64,000 nucleotides of DNA from Bacteroides sp. (GTDB taxonomy: Bacteria > Bacteroidota > Bacteroidia > Bacteroidales > Bacteroidaceae), in NCBI GenBank assembly GCA_015060735.1, contig SUXX01000005.1:19089-83088 (forward strand), written 5' to 3'. The first letter of the stretch is position 1. Each line of letters begins with the position of its first letter. Positions 47,596-56,791 of the stretch are shown one piece after another. The translations under genes were made by a program, and so were the position numbers. A model generated the notes under the pieces. The model did not search any database. It saw only the letters and a list, made by a program, of their open reading frames with translations, and had not been told where the DNA came from.

Positions 47596-49914
47596 ATGTT
47601 TGGAATAGCAAAAGACATAAAATCGGAGGTTCGGGTATGCACGCCCGACCTCTTGAATCAAGTACTCGACGCTCCGCTCGTGGCACGCACCTGTGCCGAG
47701 ATAGAAGATGCACTCGAAAAGTGTCGCAGGGGAGAGCTGACCCCTGACGAGTACGAAACCATCAAGAGCCAATTGAAGAAGCGTTTGCCCATCCTCACCC
47801 CACACGCTACCTTCCGGAACGGACGCCGTAAGAACGACGAGGCCATTCCCAGCGGACTCTCCATCTACGACCTCGACCACATTGCCAACCCCCAAAGCCG
47901 ATGGGCGGAGATAGAGCCTCGCAAGGAGGAGCTGGGCATTATGCTGACCCACATCACCCCCAGCACCGAAGGCCTCCGGTTGGTGTTTATAAGACCCAAC
48001 GGGATGAGCCTGGCTGAAGCCCAAGCGTGGATGGCCCGTCAGTTGGGCGACACGCAGTACGATGCTTGCGTGAAGGACTATGCCCGTTGCTCGTTCCTCG
48101 TGCCTCGCGAATATGTGCTGTGGATGGATGAGGAGCGGTTGTTTAATGCACCACAGATTACACAGATTATCACAGATGAAAATTTGCCTTCGGATGGCAT
48201 ACAGGATGAACATAAAGAAAATAATCCGTGTAAATCTGTGAAATCTGTGGTGAAAAACAATTACCCGCAGACCTTCAAAGGCATTCCCTACGCCGACATC
48301 ATACAGGAATGGTTTCGCCAGAATGGGGGAGAGCCCGAGCCGGGTGAACGAAATTCGAAGCTGCACCGCCTGGCTTCGCACCTCAGATACATTACGGACA
48401 ACAGCGAGGGGCATCTGCTTCAAATCTTGCCCAACTTTGGCCTGAAACAGGACGAAATGAAGCAGCTTATCCACTCGGCCTGCATCGCCAAGTTCTACGG
48501 CATCCCCAAGGCACTGAAGAAGCTGCTGGGCGAAATGCAAAGCACAAGCCATGCGGAAGAACCGGCAATCATCAACCAGTCGCAGGGCGACGCCCCGGTC
48601 CCTCCACCAATGCCAACCGAACTGCCGCCCCTCATCGGGCTGCTCGTAAGTCGCACCCCCGACCTCTACAAACCGGCCGTGGCACATGCCGTATTCCCGG
48701 CACTCGGGGCACACCTGTGGCGAACCACCTTCCGCTACATCGACAACACCCTCCACGAGGCCACGCTGATGAACGTACTCATGGCAGGCACCGGAGCCGG
48801 AAAGAATTGCATCACCGAGCCGATAAACCGCATCCTGGCCGACATCCGCCGACGCGACAAGGAGAACATGCTCCGCGAAAAGGCCTGGAAGAAAGAAATG
48901 CAGTCTACCGGAGCCAACAAGACCAAACGACAACGACCCGATGGCCTTGTGATTCAGGAGATTGACCCCGACATGACGAATGCCGCATTCGTGCAGCGAC
49001 TGGCCGATGCCGAAGGACGATTCCTCTACACCCGGATGAATGAAATCGACCAGTTCGATGCCCTGAAGACCGCCAACAACCGCAAGTCGCAGTTCCAAAT
49101 CATGTGCCTGGCCTTCGACCCCGGCAACGTGTACGGACAGACACGCATCGGCACAGGCTCGGTCACCGAACGCGTCTGCATCCGCTTCAACTGGAACGCT
49201 TCGACCACCATCCAGAAGGGGCAGGCCTACTTCCGCTACGTGCTCACCGATGGACCCATCAGCCGCATCAACTTCTGCACCATCCCCGAACGCGAAATCG
49301 GCTCGCCCATGCCCGTTTATGGCACCTACGACGATGCCTTCGACCGCGAGCTATCCGCCTACATCGAGCGTCTGAATGCCGTGCGTGGTGAGGTGGACTG
49401 TCCCGAAGCCTTTGCCCTGGCCGGCAAGCTGAGCGAGGAATGTGCCGAGTTTGCCCGGCTGTCGCAGAGCCGCGTGTTCGAGAATCTCTCGTTCCGTGCC
49501 AACGTCATCGCCTACCTCAAAGCCTGTGTGCTCTACGTGGCTCATGGCTGCCGGTGGGACAAGACCATGGACGACTTTATTCGCTGGTCGCTGCAGTACG
49601 ACCTCTGGTGTAAGATGAAGTTCTTCGGCGATGCCATCGAACAGCAAGAAGAAACATCTACGGCAGTCGTCAGGACAGGTCCCCAAAACCTGCTCGACCT
49701 CTTGCCCGACACCTTCACTCGCGAAGAAGCCGCCCGGATGCGTCAGCGTCAAGGCATCCGTCGGGGCAATGTGCAGATGATGCTCGGCAACTGGCGAAAA
49801 CGGGGCTACATCCAGCTGAAAGGCAACCCTCGACCCGACAACATCGACCAACAGGTATTTGAAAAGACCGCCATGTATCTGACGAGGGGAAAAGTCAGTC
49901 AGTCAGTTGAGTGA
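47596..49914 (+). CDS. BT4734/BF3469-type protein: VirE-N primase-like domain, primase C-terminal motif, DUF3987-like NTPase domain
   Basis: LKKRLP..TPHATF, YDLDH, HITPSTEGLR, DACVKDYARCSF, GERNSKL, AGTGAGK P-loop, NEID. Confidence 0.8.
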   Translation: MFGIAKDIKSEVRVCTPDLLNQVLDAPLVARTCAEIEDALEKCRRGELTPDEYETIKSQLKKRLPILTPHATFRNGRRKNDEAIPSGLSIYDLDHIANPQSRWAEIEPRKEELGIMLTHITPSTEGLRLVFIRPNGMSLAEAQAWMARQLGDTQYDACVKDYARCSFLVPREYVLWMDEERLFNAPQITQIITDENLPSDGIQDEHKENNPCKSVKSVVKNNYPQTFKGIPYADIIQEWFRQNGGEPEPGERNSKLHRLASHLRYITDNSEGHLLQILPNFGLKQDEMKQLIHSACIAKFYGIPKALKKLLGEMQSTSHAEEPAIINQSQGDAPVPPPMPTELPPLIGLLVSRTPDLYKPAVAHAVFPALGAHLWRTTFRYIDNTLHEATLMNVLMAGTGAGKNCITEPINRILADIRRRDKENMLREKAWKKEMQSTGANKTKRQRPDGLVIQEIDPDMTNAAFVQRLADAEGRFLYTRMNEIDQFDALKTANNRKSQFQIMCLAFDPGNVYGQTRIGTGSVTERVCIRFNWNASTTIQKGQAYFRYVLTDGPISRINFCTIPEREIGSPMPVYGTYDDAFDRELSAYIERLNAVRGEVDCPEAFALAGKLSEECAEFARLSQSRVFENLSFRANVIAYLKACVLYVAHGCRWDKTMDDFIRWSLQYDLWCKMKFFGDAIEQQEETSTAVVRTGPQNLLDLLPDTFTREEAARMRQRQGIRRGNVQMMLGNWRKRGYIQLKGNPRPDNIDQQVFEKTAMYLTRGKVSQSVE
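48149..48252. repeat. cacagatt-type palindromic repeat inside the primase-like CDS
   Basis: caccacagattacacagatt...aatctgtgaaatctgtggtg. Confidence 0.8.
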
Positions 49915-49930
49915 CACAGAAAAGGGTTCT

Positions 49931-49998
49931 TCAACTATCATCTATCATTTATCATCTATCATCTATCATCTATCATTTATCAACTATCATTTATCATG
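49931..49998 (+). repeat. Heptamer tandem repeat tatca(tc/tt/ac) x9
   Basis: Nine units; the last (tatcATG) supplies the start codon of the next gene. Confidence 0.9.
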
Positions 49999-50523
49999 AA
50001 AAGAGGAATCAGAAACAACAACCCCCTCAACATCCGCCACTCGGCCGACCGGTGGCAGGGGGCAAGAAGCATACAGACCGACCCCAGCTTCGTACAATTC
50101 GAAACCATGGCCTACGGATACCGGGCAGCCTGGAAAGTGATGGACACCTATTGCCTCACCTTCCGACGCGAACGCCGACCCTTCACCCTGCGGAACATCA
50201 TCGCCCGATGGGCACCACCCACCGAAAACGATACCGATGCCTACATCCGCACCGTGACACGCCTGTCAGGCCTGGGAGGCAACGAAAGCATCCCCCGGCC
50301 CCGACGATACAAAATGTTTGCCGAGCTGGACAAGACAGCCCGTCTGCTGGCCGCCATGACCACCGTAGAGTGTGGCATCCCCTACGACCAGGTAGACAGG
50401 CAAGCCATCTGGCAAGGCTACGACCTGGCCTTCAACAACAACCGGCAGGCCATCCTGAAACAAGAACAAGAAACCCTGAAGGCTCAAGACGAATACTGGG
50501 ACTGGGCACCACACCCCGAATAA
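49996..50523 (+). CDS. Structural protein P5-like / putative lysozyme-fold cell-wall hydrolase
   Basis: RGIRNNNPLNIR, F...YGYRA, IIARWAPPTENDTDAYI, AMTTVECG. Confidence 0.75.
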   Translation: MKRGIRNNNPLNIRHSADRWQGARSIQTDPSFVQFETMAYGYRAAWKVMDTYCLTFRRERRPFTLRNIIARWAPPTENDTDAYIRTVTRLSGLGGNESIPRPRRYKMFAELDKTARLLAAMTTVECGIPYDQVDRQAIWQGYDLAFNNNRQAILKQEQETLKAQDEYWDWAPHPE

Positions 50524-50645
50524 CCCCGTGGCTCGGAGAGAAAAAGGAAAAGTGGATGCGTCACACAAAAATGACGCACCCACTCCCTAACATAGTTTAG
50601 CTTTCGGTTCTCATCGAGAACCTCCTTTTTTAGAGCATGAGATTC

Positions 50646-51953
50646 TTATTCCCACTCAATAGTCGCCGATGGCTTTGGCGACATATCGTAACAAACACGG
50701 TTGATGTTTGGCACTTCCTTCAAGATACGGTCGGTAATCTTCATCAAGATAGCCCAGTCGATTTGTTCGATGCTGGCAGTCATGGCGTCGATGGTATTCA
50801 CCGCACGGATGATAACCGGCCAATCGTACGAACGGGCATTGTTACGCACGCCCACGCTCTTGAAGTCGGGCACGATGGTGAAGTATTGCCAAACCTTCTT
50901 GTCGAGGCCTGCGATAGCAAATTCTTCGCGGAGGATGGCATCCGATTCGCGGAGAGCTTCGAGGCGGTCGCGAGTGATGGCACCGAGGCAACGCACGCCC
51001 AAGCCTGGACCTGGGAACGGCTGACGGTAAACCATTTCGTAAGGCAAGCCGAGTTCTACGCCACAAGCACGAACTTCGTCCTTGAAGAGTTGCTTCAGCG
51101 GTTCAACGAGTTCGAACTGGAGGTCTTCGGGCAAACCGCCTACGTTGTGGTGAGACTTCACCATCTTGGCAGTCTTGGTACCCGACTCAACGATGTCCGG
51201 ATAGATAGTACCCTGACCGAGGTAGTCGATACCATCGAGCTTGCGTGCTTCTTCTTCGAACACACGGATGAATTCACCACCGATAATCTTACGCTTCTGT
51301 TCAGGATCGGCCACGCCTTCGAGCAAGCCCAAGAAGCGGTCGGTAGCATCCACATAAATCAGGTTGGCACACAACTGGTTGCGGAACACTTCGATTACGT
51401 TTTCCGATTCGCCCTTACGCATCAAGCCGTGGTTCACGTGTACGCACACCAGGTTTTCGCCGATAGCCTTGAGAAGGAGGGCAGCTACTACAGAGCTGTC
51501 TACACCGCCCGAGAGAGCGAGCAACACCTTCTTGTCGCCCACCTGCTGGCGGATGAGTTCCACCTGGTCGGCCACAAAGTTCTTCATGTTCCAGTTGGCT
51601 TCGGCCTTGCATGTATCGAATACGAAGCTCTTCACGGCTTCCTTGATAGCTTCTTCGTCATTTTCGAACTGAGCGAGCTTCACTTCGCACAGGGCCTTGT
51701 CGTGGCCGGCAGCCATCACCGGGAATCCGGCTTCGTAGATTTCAGGAAGTACGTCGATGGCTACACCGTCAATCACGTTGTTCGGTCCACCATTGATGAT
51801 GATACCTTTCACGTTTGGCAAAGCCTTCAACTCGGCAGCGGTGATGTCGTGCGGATAAATTTCGCTGTAGACACCCAACGCACGGATAGCTCTGGCAACC
51901 ACCGTATTTTCGTGGCTACCCAAATCCAGAATAACAATCATGTCTTGTTTCAT
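50646..51953 (-). CDS. guaA: GMP synthase, short form with degenerate glutaminase domain
   Basis: SGGVDS, DPEQKRKIIG, QGTIYPD, KSHHNVGGLP, KP.ATIEWE. Confidence 0.92.
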   Translation of the reverse strand: MKQDMIVILDLGSHENTVVARAIRALGVYSEIYPHDITAAELKALPNVKGIIINGGPNNVIDGVAIDVLPEIYEAGFPVMAAGHDKALCEVKLAQFENDEEAIKEAVKSFVFDTCKAEANWNMKNFVADQVELIRQQVGDKKVLLALSGGVDSSVVAALLLKAIGENLVCVHVNHGLMRKGESENVIEVFRNQLCANLIYVDATDRFLGLLEGVADPEQKRKIIGGEFIRVFEEEARKLDGIDYLGQGTIYPDIVESGTKTAKMVKSHHNVGGLPEDLQFELVEPLKQLFKDEVRACGVELGLPYEMVYRQPFPGPGLGVRCLGAITRDRLEALRESDAILREEFAIAGLDKKVWQYFTIVPDFKSVGVRNNARSYDWPVIIRAVNTIDAMTASIEQIDWAILMKITDRILKEVPNINRVCYDMSPKPSATIEWE

Positions 51954-52009
51954 ATTCCTATTTATACTTTAAAAGTGGTTATATCTCTAATCTTTTATTT
52001 TTGAATCCT

Positions 52010-52050
52010 AAAAAAAGATGCGGCATTCCAAACTGTATCGGATGCCGCAT
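52010..52050 (-). terminator. Terminator/attenuator in the guaA leader
   Basis: Minus strand atgcggcatcc...ggaatgccgcat-c-T run, between leader ORF and guaA start. Confidence 0.75.
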
Positions 52051-52060
52051 GCTTCTTCCT

Positions 52061-52168
52061 TTAAAACCCATATTTACGCAAAATGCCCCGTTTGGCCATA
52101 CGCATACCGCCTGAAAGCCAGGTGATACAATGTGTGTGACACGGACAGAGGTGGGCTTTGCGTTTCAT
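52061..52168 (-). CDS. Putative 35-aa leader peptide
   Basis: MKRKAHLCPCHTHCITWLSGGMRMAKRGILRKYGF*; A/T-rich upstream; -7 box TATCTTTG at 52211-52218. Confidence 0.55.
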   Translation of the reverse strand: MKRKAHLCPCHTHCITWLSGGMRMAKRGILRKYGF

Positions 52169-52219
52169 TATACTATATATTAAAATATGTATCAGTTTTT
52201 TTTCAGGGAACAAAGATAG

Positions 52220-52690
52220 TTATTTTTTTGTTTGCTCCTTCAATAAATCGCGAATTTCTGTCAATAAAACTTCTTCTTTGCTTGGAGCCGGTGGAGGAGC
52301 CGGTGCAGCAGGAGCTTCTTCGGCCTTCTTCTTTTCGGTCATTCGCTTGATAAGGCTCACGAAAAGGAAGATGGAGAAAGCGATGATGAGGAAGTCGAAT
52401 GTCTGTTGCAAGAAGTTGCCATAGTTCAAGGTCACGGCCGGAGCAGCAGCCTGAATCACTTCGCCCGCTTCGTTCAGCTGTTCGGGGATGGCATCCTTCA
52501 TCACCCATTTCAAGTCGGTGAAGTTCACACCACCCACCAACAAGCCAATAGGAGGCATGATGATATCGTTAACGACTGAAGTGACAATTTTACCGAATGC
52601 ACCGCCGATGATGACACCGACAGCCATATCAACCACGTTCCCCTTCATGGCAAAAGCCTTGAAGTCCTGTAAAAAATTACTTTTTCCCAT
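52220..52690 (-). CDS. mscL: Large-conductance mechanosensitive channel
   Basis: [33 protein letters not shown]. Confidence 0.97.
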   Translation of the reverse strand: MGKSNFLQDFKAFAMKGNVVDMAVGVIIGGAFGKIVTSVVNDIIMPPIGLLVGGVNFTDLKWVMKDAIPEQLNEAGEVIQAAAPAVTLNYGNFLQQTFDFLIIAFSIFLFVSLIKRMTEKKKAEEAPAAPAPPPAPSKEEVLLTEIRDLLKEQTKK

Positions 52691-52838
52691 TTTATTTTTT
52701 AATTTAATTCTAATTTTGTGTGCGAATATAAAAACAATTTCTTATTTTTGCAGTGAAATCTGTTAATAAAATGCAGAAAAAAATGCAAAGACCTGATTTC
52801 ACGTGATTAAAAACTTATTATAAAACCTTTAAATTTAA

Positions 52839-53855
<1,017 letters not shown>

Positions 53856-53879
53856 TCCCTAACGATTACATCATAAAAG

Positions 53880-53911
53880 AGCCGTCCGATACACATCGGG
53901 CGGTTTTTTTT
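53880..53911 (+). terminator. Intrinsic terminator
   Basis: gccgtccgat-acac-atcgggcggt followed by T run. Confidence 0.8.
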
Positions 53912-53975
53912 ACACCTTTTATAGAAGAATATTACACAAAATCATTATCTTTGTGCAATTATAGAAAAATACCCC

Positions 53976-54896
53976 ATGAAATACGATTTGATAACCATAC
54001 TAGGACCCACCGCCTCGGGAAAAACACCCCTGGCCGCGGCATTGGCACACAGGCTCGACACTGAAATCATCAGTGGCGACAGCCGTCAGGTATATCGTCG
54101 GATGGACTTGGGAACCGGCAAAGACCTCGTGGATTATGTGGTAGACGGACAACACGTGCCCTATCACCTCATAGACATCGTGGAGCCCGGGTATAAATAC
54201 AACGTATTCGAATACCAACGCGATTTCTTGAAAGCATACCAAGAAATCACCAACCGGGGAAAACTCCCCATCCTCTGCGGAGGAACAGGCATGTACATCG
54301 AGTCCGTGCTGAAAGGATACCGACTGCTGCCCGTGCCCGAAAACCCGGCTCTTAGAGCCTCGCTCGAAGGAAAGTCGCTCGAAGAACTCACGCGGATACT
54401 AGAAGGATACAAAAAACTACACAACTCGACGGATGTAGACACCGCCAAGCGTGCCATCCGGGCCATCGAGATAGAGGAGTATTATCAGCAACAACCACCC
54501 GAATACCGCGAGTTTCCCTCGCTGAAAAGTCTCATCATCGGGGTGAATATCCATCGCGATTTGCGACGGGAGAAAATCACCCGACGCCTGAAACAACGAT
54601 TGGACGAAGGAATGGTAGACGAAGTGAGACGATTGTTGGCCGAAGGAATCTCGGCCGAGAACCTGATATACTACGGGCTGGAGTACAAATTCCTCACTCA
54701 ATATGCCATCGGCGAACTGACATTCGACGAAATGTTCCTCCAGCTGGAAACCGCCATCCATCAGTTTGCCAAAAGGCAGATGACCTGGTTCCGAGGCATG
54801 GAAAGAAGGGGATTCCACATACACTGGGTAGACGCAACCCTGCCCATGGAAGAGAAAATAAACCATATCATAAATATACTGAACACAGAAAACTAA
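53976..54896 (+). CDS. miaA: tRNA dimethylallyltransferase
   Basis: GPTASGKT, DSRQVY, GGTGMY, FAKRQMTWFR. Confidence 0.95.
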   Translation: MKYDLITILGPTASGKTPLAAALAHRLDTEIISGDSRQVYRRMDLGTGKDLVDYVVDGQHVPYHLIDIVEPGYKYNVFEYQRDFLKAYQEITNRGKLPILCGGTGMYIESVLKGYRLLPVPENPALRASLEGKSLEELTRILEGYKKLHNSTDVDTAKRAIRAIEIEEYYQQQPPEYREFPSLKSLIIGVNIHRDLRREKITRRLKQRLDEGMVDEVRRLLAEGISAENLIYYGLEYKFLTQYAIGELTFDEMFLQLETAIHQFAKRQMTWFRGMERRGFHIHWVDATLPMEEKINHIINILNTEN

Positions 54897-54900
54897 AGCA

Positions 54901-55830
54901 ATGGCAATAGAAACAAACAGATGGGGAATCATCTATAATCCCAAAGCTGGGACAAGAAAAACCCAGAAAAGATGGAACAAAATCCGCGAATACATGGAGT
55001 CACGCGGAGTCATGTTCGACTACCTCCAGTCAGAAGGCTATGGCTCGGTGGAGAGATTGGCACGCATGTTGGCCAACAATGGCTATCGTACCATCGTGGT
55101 GGTAGGAGGAGACGGAGCCGTGAATGATGCCGTGAACGGTATCATGACCTCTGACGTGTTGCATAAGGAAGAAATAGCCTTGGGCATCATTCCCAACGGG
55201 ATGGGAAACGACTTTGCCAAGTATTGGGGCTTGGACGAGGACGATTACAAGGGGGCTGTAGATTGTATTATCGACCGTCGGGTGAGGAAGATTGACGTAG
55301 GACGCGTGGGCTACACCGATGGCGATGTATGTGGCATGCGTTATTTCATCAATGCCGTACATATCGGATTGGGAGCACGCTTTGTATGGATTACCAACGG
55401 CACCCGACGTTTCTGGGGCATGCCTTGGTTGTCGTACCTGTCATCCTTGATTCTTCTGTTGTTCGAACGGAAATTGCACCGTGTGCATCTGAAGGTGAAT
55501 GGAGAACATATTCGTGGAAAGGTGATGACTGTGTGCATTGGTAGTGCACGGGGATATGGACTTACGCCGAGTGCCGTGCCTTACAATGGCTGGCTGGATG
55601 TATCTGTGGTTTATCGTCCGGAGCTGTTGCAATTGCTCAAAGGGCTTTGGCTCCTCATTCAGGGCCGTTTGTTGAATCTGAAGGTCGTGAAGCCTTATCG
55701 TACTCGGAAGGTGAAGATTCTTCGGGCACAGAATGCGGCCGTAAGCCTCGACGGGCGTATGTTGGAAAAAGAACTCCCCTTGAAGGTGAGGGTTCTTCAC
55801 GAGGCCTTGACATTGATTATTCCTAAATAA
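54901..55830 (+). CDS. Diacylglycerol/lipid kinase family protein
   Basis: NPKAG, GGDG, P.GMGNDFA, LDG. Confidence 0.9.
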   Translation: MAIETNRWGIIYNPKAGTRKTQKRWNKIREYMESRGVMFDYLQSEGYGSVERLARMLANNGYRTIVVVGGDGAVNDAVNGIMTSDVLHKEEIALGIIPNGMGNDFAKYWGLDEDDYKGAVDCIIDRRVRKIDVGRVGYTDGDVCGMRYFINAVHIGLGARFVWITNGTRRFWGMPWLSYLSSLILLLFERKLHRVHLKVNGEHIRGKVMTVCIGSARGYGLTPSAVPYNGWLDVSVVYRPELLQLLKGLWLLIQGRLLNLKVVKPYRTRKVKILRAQNAAVSLDGRMLEKELPLKVRVLHEALTLIIPK

Positions 55831-55834
55831 GATA

Positions 55835-55870
55835 AAAAAAGTGGATGTGAAGAAACACATCCACTTTTTT
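55835..55870. terminator. Bidirectional terminator
   Basis: aaaaaagtggatgtg...cacatccactttttt. Confidence 0.8.
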
Positions 55871-55871
55871 G

Positions 55872-56573
55872 TTATCCAATCTTGCTGATTTTCTTCAGTT
55901 TGTCTTCCTCAATAATCTTGATTTTTCGTCCGTCAATGGTAATCAGTTTTTCGTTGGCAAAGTTCGACAGCGTACGGATAGCATTCGAGGTTGTCATGTT
56001 CGAAAGGTTGGCCAAGTCTTCTCGCGACAGGTAGATACTCAGTGTGGATTGGTCTTCTTCCACGCCGTAAGTATCTTTCAGGAACAGAAGAGATTCAGCC
56101 AGTCGGCCACGGATATGTTTTTGAGTGAGGTTTACCGTTCTTTCGTCGGATACGCCCAAGTCCTTGGACAGTTGACGGATAAAGAAGACGGCCAATTCGT
56201 TGTTCTCCTTCAGCAGTTGCATGATGAGAGGCATCGGTATCAAGCAAATGGTACATGGCTCGAAGGCGGCAGCTGCCGTCACAAAGTTTTCTTCTGCAAA
56301 AAAAGCACGATAAGCAAAATATTCCTGATTCTTCATCACGCGGATGATTTGGCTTCGGCCTCCTACACCTTCTTTGTAAATCTTTACTTTGCCACTGAGT
56401 AGGCACATCAGGTGCATCGGGGTTTCTCCCTCACAATAGATTGTTTCGTTTTTTCTGAATCTTTGTATAGTATAATTCTTGACCAGTAATTCTCGTTGTT
56501 CCTCGGTCAGAATTTGCCATAGGTCTGGAATGCTTTCTGCGATGTCCAGTACTGTTGTCTCTCTTTTTACCAT
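55872..56573 (-). CDS. Crp/Fnr family transcriptional regulator
   Basis: cNMP-binding domain (LSGKVKI) plus HTH SREDLANLSNMTTSNAIRTLS. Confidence 0.92.
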   Translation of the reverse strand: MVKRETTVLDIAESIPDLWQILTEEQRELLVKNYTIQRFRKNETIYCEGETPMHLMCLLSGKVKIYKEGVGGRSQIIRVMKNQEYFAYRAFFAEENFVTAAAAFEPCTICLIPMPLIMQLLKENNELAVFFIRQLSKDLGVSDERTVNLTQKHIRGRLAESLLFLKDTYGVEEDQSTLSIYLSREDLANLSNMTTSNAIRTLSNFANEKLITIDGRKIKIIEEDKLKKISKIG

Positions 56574-56695
56574 TGCCTTATGCTATAAAACCGTGTTATA
56601 GAGCACAAAGGTAGAAAGAAAAATATAAAAAAGAAAAAAATGAATGGAAAAAAGAAAAAGAGACTGTGTTGAAATACGCATTCATTTATTTTTTT

Positions 56696-56775
56696 AGGCA
56701 CAGATTACACGAATTAACACGGTTTTAGTGTATGCTTAGACCTGTTTATCCGTGAAATTCGTGTAATTCGTACCT
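56696..56775. repeat. cacagatt-type palindromic repeat (intergenic copy)
   Basis: aggcacagattacacgaatt...aattcgtgtaattcgtacct. Confidence 0.7.
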
Positions 56776-56791
56776 TAATAAAATTATGACA

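Noticed and set aside
47533..49098. Upstream part of the 608-aa minus-strand ORF
   Set aside because: Antisense to the primase-like gene; only the last 86 codons (antitoxin) look real.
49911..50600. 229-aa alternative-frame ORF
   Set aside because: Begins in the heptamer repeat and overlaps the well-supported P5-like gene in another frame.
50590..50670. guaA 3' end as the island attachment site (a known hotspot in other bacteria)
   Set aside because: I found no direct repeat of the guaA 3' end at the island's left side, and no integrase.
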